Source of the DNA: Nemertoderma westbladi
Lineage: Eukaryota > Animalia > Xenacoelomorpha
Length of the DNA: 64,000 bases
Assembly (NCBI GenBank): GCA_032718475.1
Contig: JAUCBJ010001151.1
Span: 1 to 64,000, forward strand
Reading direction: 5' to 3'
A program made the position numbers and the translations under genes. Below, piece after piece: positions 47,701 to 58,300 of the stretch. The notes under the pieces were generated by a model. The model was not told the DNA's origin. It searched no databases and was given only the letters and a program-made list of their open reading frames with translations. Position 1 is the first letter of the stretch, and every line of letters starts with the position of its first letter.

Positions 47701-49846
47701 GACCTGTAGGCGCCGAACCTGGAGTACCTGGAAGTCGACTACACCAAAAACCCAGACCTGTAGGCGCCGAACCTGGAGTACCTGGAAGTCGACTACACCA
47801 AAAACCCAGACCTGTAGGCGCCGAACCTGGAGTACCTGGAAGTCGACTACACCAAAAACCCAGACCTGTAGGCGCCGAACCTGGAGTACCTGGAAGTCGA
47901 CTACACCAAAAACCCAGACCTGTAGGCGCCGAACCTGGAGTACCTGGAAGTCGACTACACCAAAAACCCAGACCTGTAGGCGCCGAACCTGGAGTACCTG
48001 GAAGTCGACTACACCAAAAACCCAGACCTGTAGGCGCCGAACCTGGAGTACCTGGAAGTCGACTACACCAAAAACCCAGACCTGTAGGCGCCGAACCTGG
48101 AGTACCTGGAAGTCGACTACACCAAAAACCCAGACCTGTAGGCGCCGAACCTGGAGTACCTGGAAGTCGACTACACCAAAAACCCAGACCTGTAGGCGCC
48201 GAACCTGGAGTACCTGGAAGTCGACTACACCAAAAACCCAGACCTGTAGGCGCCGAACCTGGAGTACCTGGAAGTCGACTACACCAAAAACCCAGACCTG
48301 TAGGCGCCGAACCTGGAGTACCTGGAAGTCGACTACACCAAAAACCCAGACCTGTAGGCGCCGAACCTGGAGTACCTGGAAGTCGACTACACCAAAAACC
48401 CAGACCTGTAGGCGCCGAACCTGGAGTACCTGGAAGTCGACTACACCAAATACCCCGACCTGTAGGCGCCGAACCTGGAGTACCTGGAAGTCGACTACAC
48501 CAAAAACCCAGACCTGTAGGCGCCGAACCTGGAGTACCTGGAAGTCGACTACACCAAAAACCCAGACCTGTAGGCGCCGAACCTGGAGTACCTGGAAGTC
48601 GACTACACCAAAAACCCAGACCTGTAGGCGCCGAACCTGGAGTACCTGGAAGTCGACTACACCAAAAACCCAGACCTGTAGGCGCCGATCCTGGAGTACC
48701 TGGAAGTCGACTACACCAAAAACCCAGACCTGTAGGCGCCGAACCTGGAGTACCTGGAAGTCGACTACACCAAAAACCCAGACCTGTAGGCGCCGAACCT
48801 GGAGTACCTGGAAGTCGACTACACCAAAAACACAGACCCGTAGGCGCCGAACCTGGAGTACCTGGAAGTCGACTACACCAAAAACCCAGACCTGTAGGCG
48901 CCGAACCTGGAGTACCTGGAAGTCGACTACACCAAAAACCCAGACCTGTAGGCGCCGAACCTAGAGTACCTGGAAGTCGACTACACCAAAAATTCAGACC
49001 TGTAGGCGCCGAACCTGGAGTACCTGGAAGTCGACTACACCAAAAACCCAGACCTGTAGGCGCCGAACCTGGAGTACCTGGAAGTCGACTACAGTACACC
49101 AAAAACTCAGACCTGTAGGCGCCGAACCTGGAGTACCTGGAAGTCGACTACACCAAAAACCCCGACCTGTAGGCGCCGAACCTGGAGTACCTGGAAGTCG
49201 ACTACACTAAAAACCCAGACCTGTAGGCGCCGAACCTGGAGTACCTGGAAGTCGACTACACCAAAAACCCAGACCTGTAGGCGCCGAACCTGGAGTACCT
49301 GGAAGTCGACTACACCAAAAACCCAGACCTGTAGGCGCCGTACCTGGAGTACCTGGAAGTCGATTACACCAAAAACCCAGACCTGTAGGCGCCGAACCTG
49401 GAGTACCTGGAAGTCGACTACACCAAAAACCCAGACCTGTAGGCGCCGAACCTGGAGTACCTGGAAGTCGACTACACCAAATACCCGACCTGTAGGCGCC
49501 GAACCTGGAGTACCTGGAAGTCGACTACACCAAAAACCCAGACCTGTAGGCGCCGAACCTGGAGTACCTGGAAGTCGACTACACCAAAAACCCAGACCTG
49601 TAGGCGCCGAACCTGGAGTACCTGGAAGTCGACTAAACCAAAAACCCAGACCTGTAGGCGCCGAACCTGGAGTACCTGGAAGTCGACTACACCAAAAACC
49701 CAGACCTGTAGGCGCCGAACCTGGAGTACCTGGAAGTCGACTACACCAAAAACCCAGACCTGTAGGCGCCGAACCTGGAGTACCTGGAAGTCGACTACAC
49801 TAAAAACCCAGACCTGTAGGCGCCGAACCTGGAGTACCTGGAAGTC
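44756..49846. repeat. 54-bp GC-rich tandem satellite, ~94 copies, highly homogeneous
   Basis: Unit ACCTGGAAGTCGACTACACCAAAAACCCAGACCTGTAGGCGCCGAACCTGGAGT, with three internal ACCTG subrepeats. Confidence 0.98.
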
Positions 49847-50009
49847 GTAATAACGTGCCTCTGTAACCAGCTCCTTTCCCTTTGCTAATTTAACATTGAG
49901 GCGGGTCTTTTATATCAAAGAACAATAATCAGTTTATATTAATTGTTCTTTTGACATCCCTGACTCCTGCACTGCACTCAACTCATAGATTCTGCATTGC
50001 TGCACATCA

Positions 50010-50250
50010 GGGGCGGTATTCATAAATGTGACTAACTAGGAACTTAGTCCTAGTCACAGCAAGTTAGTAAGTGCTTGTACTAATTCGGTATTCAGAGAAG
50101 TTGGTGCTACTTATTACTACCGTATTTAGTACTAGTTGTTGCTAAACTCGTATTCATAGAATTTAGTCTTACTTAAGTTAGTATTAGCTGTAACTTAAAT
50201 TTCTAGTCACATGAAGATGTGACTAAGTTGGTAAGACCGCTTACTTATTG
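50010..50250 (+). mobile_element. Fragment resembling the left end of a PIF/Harbinger-type MITE
   Basis: GGGGCGGTATTCATAAA terminus-like sequence with repeated GTATTCA and ACTAAG/CTTAGT motifs. No matching right end seen. Confidence 0.4.
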
Positions 50251-51873
50251 CATATTGGCCTTCATACATACAGTATGGTTATTATGTTATTGACGACTCC
50301 GGCCACATTATACTCTCTCTTGTTTTTCTAGCATTCTGTGTTCATTGCAAATGTGTTGTTGCAGAGAAACTGTCAAATGTAACGACATAAAGCTTTTTGT
50401 TTTTTAAATCCGACTTAAATTTCCAAATTTCAGCTTACATTCTTGAATGGTGAGATTGCTCCCGAACGGTCCGCTTCCGTTGAAAATGTGTTTCGCTAAA
50501 GAATTCTACCATTCGCGAACTTTCGCAAGATGAAAAAGCGGTAGCGTTCCCACTTCACTCTTTTCCTCTCTATTACCAAATGTAAATAATGGTATTCGAT
50601 AATGGTAGCCAATTGATTTATCGCCTTACTAAAAATATTAATTTTTCACTAAAATTTTAACAGGAAATCACTAAAATATTCAGTTTCCACTAAAATCTAT
50701 TAATTAACATTAAATCTATTAATTATAAATTATTGCTAAAATGTGGAAAGGACAGCTTACAGTGCCACGTTATTCTAACCTAAATAATGAAGGGATTTTA
50801 TTAAAACAGCCGTAACAGATGTATTTTTGATGATTCAAAAATATATTTTAGTGATAATTAAATTGAGTGGAGGAAATATATATTTGATAACGAAAAAAAA
50901 TTACTGGAAAACAGGAATTGTTTCAGTGACCAATAAAATTAATGGGTTTAATGTAGGCTACCAATACTAGTAAAACAGTATACCACTAAACATAGAGACA
51001 TGCCGGGCATCCTGCTCCTTTCCCTTAATGAGAATTTAACATTGAGGCGGGATATTAATTCGCCAAGATGGGATTTGCGTCCTCCAGTTCACCCCCCCCC
51101 CCCCCCCCCCCCCCCCTGTCTCACTTTTCGAACGCCCCCAAGTGCATATTGAGACTTTCTTGAACTATAAACTAGTCTAGTAGTATAGTAGGATAGGTAG
51201 CTATGATTATCTGTAGTAAGTGTTCCACAATCAATGGCCAACACAGCGGTTGTGAGTTCAAAATGAAGTTAAAAGCTAAAAGTAAATATTTGTGCGCGGT
51301 AAATGGTAGATCAGTTTAAGTAATTGGTGTAAAAGGTAAGTTACAAAACAGAATTTGTACTTAATTTTTATTTGGCACTAAACAATATGGGACATGTAAC
51401 TATACAATACGTACTAGAGAAACTTAGTTAGAAATATACGAAATAGTACAAAAGTTATGATTTCTTTTAGAATAACTATTAGCATTAATAATATTGACTT
51501 ACAAATGTCAGTTTAATTCGAGCGACGCCACCATTGGATGTTCATTATTAGTTAACCTCTTGGGAATGGACTTACTGGAGAGGTTACTGATAATTAATAT
51601 AATTACTACATTAGGTAAATTAATTTTAATAATATTTTGATATTAAACTTTTACTATTATCATAATTAATTAAACAACACTGCTACATTCAAACTACTTT
51701 TCATTATCGGAATATTGTCTCCCCGCCTCACATAATAGGCTAATAATGAAGTTATCTTGCATCCATACCCATGCATTCCATTCTTGTAAGAAAAAGAAAT
51801 TAAAAACAACATTTAACCAACGAAAAAGGGAACAACATATTTTGAGTCAGATATCGTTACTCGATAGTTCTTT

Positions 51874-52285
51874 GGGCTCGTTCATAAATGACGTCACGGC
51901 TTTGCTGCTAAATTTAACAACCGACCCCCCCCCCCCCCCCCCCCCCCTCCCGACGCAACATCACGTCACAAAAATAACAAAATATATTTTCGATTAAATT
52001 AATATCGAATATAACACCTTCTTTATATCTGTGAGAGTAAAATAAAGTGACAAGATACTTGGGTACAGTGCACACAACATTGCATATATAATAACTAAAC
52101 TCAGTCTAGTATATTTATTGACGAGATTTCCCACAGCGGGGATAATTTAAATAGATTTACTAAACTAAAGGCACACTATCATATTGTGTGACGTCACGTA
52201 AGCGTCTACCAGAGTCACCGGTATGTCGCACATTTGTTTACCCCCCCCCCCCCTGCCCGTGACGTCATTATTGTATGAACGGCCC
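51874..52285. mobile_element. PIF/Harbinger-like MITE ~80 bp downstream of the neurobeachin stop codon
   Basis: Imperfect TIRs GGGCTCGTTCATAAATGACGTCACG and CGTGACGTCATTATTGTATGAACGGCCC, with internal C-runs and repeated ACGTCAC. Confidence 0.7.
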
Positions 52286-52365
52286 ATATGGCCAATAAAA
52301 TAACCATTATTGATTATTGCAAAAATTACATCGGAAGGAATACCAGAAAATATTAAGGTCGCAGC

Positions 52366-55300
52366 CTAGGAGTAGTAGTCCTGGTAATCGGGATGCCACT
52401 TATAGAAGTTAACGTTGAGAATAACGACTTGGCCGCCGGACAGACCCGTAATGATGTGGCGGTTATCGTGACTCAGCCCGACGTGATGGACGGCGGCTGG
52501 GAGACTCTTATACGTGTAAAGGCACTGGTAGTCGTGGCAACGCCAGATGCGCACGAGATTGTTGTTGCGACCCGCTGCGACTAGATACTCACCGTCCTGC
52601 GTAGTCGTCATAGCGACGGCGTCGTCGTCGCAGACAACGCCCCACATCCACTTCCCGTTGACGTGGTACCGGGACATAAAGGCTTTATCGTACGCCACGT
52701 ATATGTACCCCGAGGCGGAGTTCAGATGCACCAACCGGGGCGAGAGAGCGCCCGTCTCGGCGAGGGCGTCCTGGGAGGGGCGAAGGGCGCGCACCAGATC
52801 CCCTTGCACCGTGTGCACCAGAACCGCACCGCCGGTGCTGCAACTAACCACCAAGCCCAACTCGGCGCTCACAGCCGCGTCTGCCACCTCGGTTTCGTGG
52901 CCCGTGAGTATCGCGATGGGCAACCCGGTGTCCCCCCCGACCGGGCTGGCCGACACCACGGCCCCCGCCGCCGCGCTCCAGTACCAGACCAAGAGCGTGG
53001 CGTCCCGACTTCCGGTGACCACGTAGTAATCCGAACAACTAGACCGCGTCTCGCTCCGAGCCATACACGTTATAACATCGTAATGGCCGTAAACAACCTG
53101 ATCCAATTTACAATCCGACTCGACCGAGAAAACCCGAAAACTTCGATCCCAGTAGCCACAGGCCATAACGTGACGACTATCGGAGCTCACTATAAAGTTT
53201 CTGCTACTGAGGACGACAGAGCTGCGGTTAAACAACGACGCGTCCAGGAATCGTTTATCCGTCATGCCGTACTCGAAGTACACATCCATATCGAGGACGT
53301 CCTGAACTACCGACTTCTCGGTGGAAGTCGCGCTCGGATTGGCCCATTTATGGATCCCGTACATTTGGTTGTGGGAGATTGTGACGACGGTGGGAGTCGG
53401 GGCGTCGGTGTTGCATCGAAGGTGGAGAACCGCCGAGTTGGAAGGGAGCTTCAAGGTTTGCGCGAGTTGGGCGTTCTGGGCGCAGCCCGCGCCCAGCAGC
53501 GGGGGCGACAGGTGCAGCGCGGAGCCGCGGGGTGGATGCGGCCCGAGTAGCAGCTGACTGGGCGTCTGGCCGAAGCAACGGATCTGGGAGCGAACCGCGT
53601 CGCGAGTAACCGCATCCGGGATCCTCTCGAGGTCTACCGCGCCCTCGTAAGTGAGATAATAAAAGACGTTGAGAGCGCGAACAGCCGCGGGGCCGCGCTG
53701 CTTGAACCCGAAAATAAGATCGACCCATTGGTGGATCTGACACGACACTATCTCGGACTCGAGAGCGGCTCTGTGTAACCTAATAAACTCCTCCGGGCTT
53801 CCACCAGACCACGGAGGCAACTCGACATCGCCAACCTCCACACCGTCCTCGCGTCTACCGAACACGAACCCATTGTCATTACAGAATGCCTCCGGGAGGT
53901 AAAACAACTCAGGGATAAGTTCCTTAACGTCCGAACTGTCCCGCTGACAGTTAGCCCACGCCTGTCTCATCGAACTGAAAGTTCGATCTGCATGATCAAA
54001 CTTACCTCCCTGTAAATGCAGGAAGTAGGTCGTGAAAGGTTCAACTCGTACCAAATAGGCAAGCACGAAGCCCGCTGTGGAGTAGTGGGTCCCGTAATGG
54101 AAGGGAGGGATTCTTTCATCATCCCACGATTGGTAGCGCTTACGGAAGAACTCAGCTCGCGAGGGATTCAAAGCACCGATGGGTTGACTGAGATCCCGGT
54201 AGTTGCTCGAAAGAGATAGATCCAACTGATCCGACTCGTAATTGGATAGGATCCAAGGGAACACCGGGTATTGGTTCAGGTCGTTGTAAGAACGACCGGC
54301 GATCGTGTTGAGGAACATTAGATACTGGAAATTGGATATTTCGCGTCGTTGCCAACGTGACATCATATTGGAGGCGGTTAGAAGTTGCCGTGGAGACGCC
54401 AGTGACATTCGACGCGTCTGCGGTACGCCATATTTACTTCCTATACCAACTCGGGGAAGGTAGCTGACAACCTTGCGAACTAACCGATTATCTTGAAAAT
54501 TTAGAAATACCGCAGTTTTGTTGCTTAGGAATATCTCGATGGCGGTGTTTTGTAGCATAAATCGACGAGAGAATACCGCTTTTATCTCTGAGAAATGCCA
54601 CCGGCCATGTAAATGTTCGCAGTATTGCAACAGTTTCGGATTTATTGACAGGCCACTGTCATCGTGAACTTCGAAAAACACATCGGCCGAAGTTACTGAT
54701 AAACTTCCAGAGATAACCAACGAAGGAGTAACCAACTCGCAGGGTTCCGATAACAGAATCGATGATGAAGGTGGTGCTGATGATTGTAGATTTATAGAAA
54801 CAACATCTAAATCTTCTACATCATCCAAAACTAGCGAGGTATCATCTTGGGTTGCTTGATTCGAAGGATCCATACATTGATCCACATTAACAGCATCTGT
54901 GGTGGTCGCATCTATAACATCGCGAGGTTTGGATGAGTTGAGTAAGGCCTCTCTATGGGTCGAGCCATACGGGTTGGGGACAAACCTACGACGACGACGT
55001 AAACGATCTTCCCACGAATCCAACTTCATAAACACCCCACTCTCAACATCCTCGCTATCACCAACATCCTTCCTCCAGATTTTCTGGTAATCACACATGA
55101 CACTAACTATCTTATTGAAGTTGCTGAGAGCCAAACGGTTGTCTCTTTTCCGGGATGTTGACAGCAAATTATCACACATTCGTTCCTCTTCTCGCCTTTC
55201 CATGGACGTTACGGCACAAACTTTCCCAAATGTCGCGTGTTTCTCAGTCTCTTCGTTGTGTTCCCTTGTCAGTATATAATGGGCTTCAGTAGCCACCCTC

Positions 55301-58300
55301 AGAAGGTGATCTTTCGTGGCCTGACTGAGTAAACGTCCTTCATTGACCAACTCAATAAATGCTAAACCTGCATTCTTTTGTATCGTATTCTGCCACTCCT
55401 GAGAGCAAAGCATCATCACCAACTCAACCACACCACCAGTGTTATTCATCTTGAGAGAGTGCAGGCCACCGCATAGAAGCTCCTGGCCATGACTACCAAT
55501 CAAAGTTTTATTCAAAAATGCAGAATAATCACAAAAAATATCTTTCAACAAGGGGGCCGCACTATTCAGGGACTGTTGCAGCTGCGTGGAAATCTCATAT
55601 GCAATGGTGGACCGATGGTCATTCATTTGCTGGGTGCCCTCAGTTGGAAAGCTTTCACTGTCAGAAACAAGATCAATATCAGACATAGCCTGTTTAACAT
55701 TTAACTCACAGTCATTATTATCATGAATGGCATCATTTTGAGATTCTATTGTCATTGGAATTTCTATATCGTCGCTGCAATCAGAAGGAGCCTTATGAAA
55801 TGTTCTTGGCTGTCGGTTCCCTTCTGGTTCCGTTGATGGAATATTCGACGGGAAAATAGTTTCTTTAACCTCGAGATCCGTGTCACTAACATCAGTGCCT
55901 GTATCCTCAGTCAGGGTGTTGTCAAAATTGATTTGAGATGTTGTTGAATTCTCTTTGAGGAATTTAGTAGAGTTCAAATTGGATGGTTGAGATTGTGTTA
56001 TAGCAGATACGCCCTTGGCGCCCACTGGTAGCCCAACTGCGCCCATTTGTCCATCAACATCTCCATTGCAATTGATAGGAACCTCAGTGTATTCTTCATT
56101 AATGTGGATTCTACCTTCATCGTGACTATCTGGCGATGCCACATTTGGAAACGGTTTGGAACTATCATCAAAAGGCAATCTTCTAAATAAACCACCGCCA
56201 TCTCCTTTTGTAGATCTCGATTTATTATTATCTGATATACCACTAGATTGTTTTCCTGATTTATTTTCTATTGTGTATTCGACCTGTATTTTTTCACCAA
56301 ATTCAAGGATAGTCATATTTTTTATTTCACCGCTCAAGGTTTCGTCATTACACGGGTCAGTACGGTGTTCAATACACTCTGAAGAAGTATCAAAGGGGGG
56401 TTGCGTTGCATATCTACCTCTCGACGTCTCAATATCATCAGCCAATGATTGTACAGACTGTGAATCTTCATCATCTGCATCACTTTGCAGATAAGTTGGC
56501 TGTTGTACCAAACCGGGATTCTCTGATGGGGTCAGAGGAACCCTTTCTGGCTCCAAAATATCCCGATAACGTCCAACCATCAGTATAGAGAGGAAATAAA
56601 CTACAACCAAAGCGATAAACTGTGAAGACTTTGAGTCATCAGCATCTCTATAGGAACAGGCTCGCAACCTACTAACATCTATCTCTTGCACAAACTTATC
56701 GATGTGTTTAATGTAGAGCATAGATGAGGATCCACCATAATCAACCATGATATCCTCGGAGGCGGCTATTAGACTCTGAATGGCATCCCGTCTAGTAGGC
56801 GATGATTCTAGTTTGAACCCAGGACGACTTCTATGCCTCACCTCAAGACAGTTACGCGCTGAGCAATATAGAACAATCCGTAAACACTGCCGCAAAATTC
56901 CACCAGAAGACATGTTCTTCTCTTGTTCTAAATGACTGAAACCAAGGGTGGAACCAAATACCATTACATCAACAATATTCAAAAGGCGATTGATAAAATT
57001 CACACCTTTTTCTAATTTAATACCGAGAGATGGTGATATTGTGTCATTGAGTTGAGATGTTGCGGACGAGAGAATGGCTATAATACCTCCACTGGCGTAA
57101 ATCAGGCTGTCAGCACATTGGGATACCAGATGGATTGTATTGTGTACGAATATGGCATTCTCAGTTGCAGAGACGAAGTCCATCACAGATTTCTGGCCGT
57201 GTGTCCTCCAAACCTGAAGGTCAGTTTCAATAGCAAACAGTAAGTCGGAGAGCAGTCGTTGGTGTAGCAGGGACCAACGGAAATCAGGAATCTGTAGACC
57301 AGTAGAGTTCCCCTGCGCTAAATAATTGGCTTGCGTAGCAGCAGGTTCGTAGTGAGTACTGCCTCCACTGTTTTCGTTACTCAATGCCTGACGGTGGTTG
57401 CTAGATTCATTGTGTAAAATATTCGAACTAACACCTTCATCATCGAAATGCGACGCAACTTCATCCAATACATTTTTCATAAAGTCGGTAACAAACTCTG
57501 GTACATCAGTATTGGTTTTATCGGTTTCAGTCATATTATTCTCAATATCCCCATTAGGCTGCTCGTTAACCCCAGATATACTACCGGTATTAGTTTTCTG
57601 ACTAACTAGTTGTTCATCGGGTACCACATTGTCTGCTGTACCCGAATATTTATTGCCGGGTGTGGCACTCTGGAATTGACTACGAACACGCTCAACATAG
57701 ACTTCATGGTCGGCACAGGTGACCCTGGAGTGGGCGATGGCGAGGGTGTCAACCCAGACCCGCCATCCTCCATACTCATACTTCATGGAATGGTACAGCA
57801 GCATTCTGAACAATGAGAACACTGTTTCATTTAGTTTAAACTCATCAGCATTTCGAATGTATATATAACCCAAAGACAACATCCAGTCTTGCCATATAGA
57901 GCACTGCAACAATCGTCTTCTATTCTCCCTACTGGTATTGAACAAAAGAACCATATCGGACAAGAATAGCCTCTTAACATAATGAAGTTCATTAGTTTCC
58001 TCTGAGGACTGGATGAGTTTCGCAACAAATTTCAGCAGACCGGCATTCATCAACGAGTAACTGGAGTCGACAATGGGGTGTCTACTCGTGTGGATCTGAG
58101 GGTCAGGTCGCTCTGTAAACAACTCGAATAAACCATTGTAAATTACCATGGAGAGTTGACAACCGTACAGCGACAAACGTTGACATAGCAATGGCCACAA
58201 CGCGTATGAGTCAACCAACTCAATTTTAACTTTATACGGAATATTTGCAAAGAAATAAGATATAATTTTTAAAGTCTTAATCTGTATTAAGTTATTATTG

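Noticed and set aside
44750-49102. 1404-aa and 920-aa repetitive ORFs
   Set aside because: Artefacts of a 54-bp unit (a multiple of 3) that lacks stops in some frames. They have no real start context, and variants introduce stops and frameshifts near the right end.
52547-53743. Antisense and alternative-frame ORFs over the neurobeachin 3' end
   Set aside because: Expected from high GC and few stop codons. No recognisable domains.
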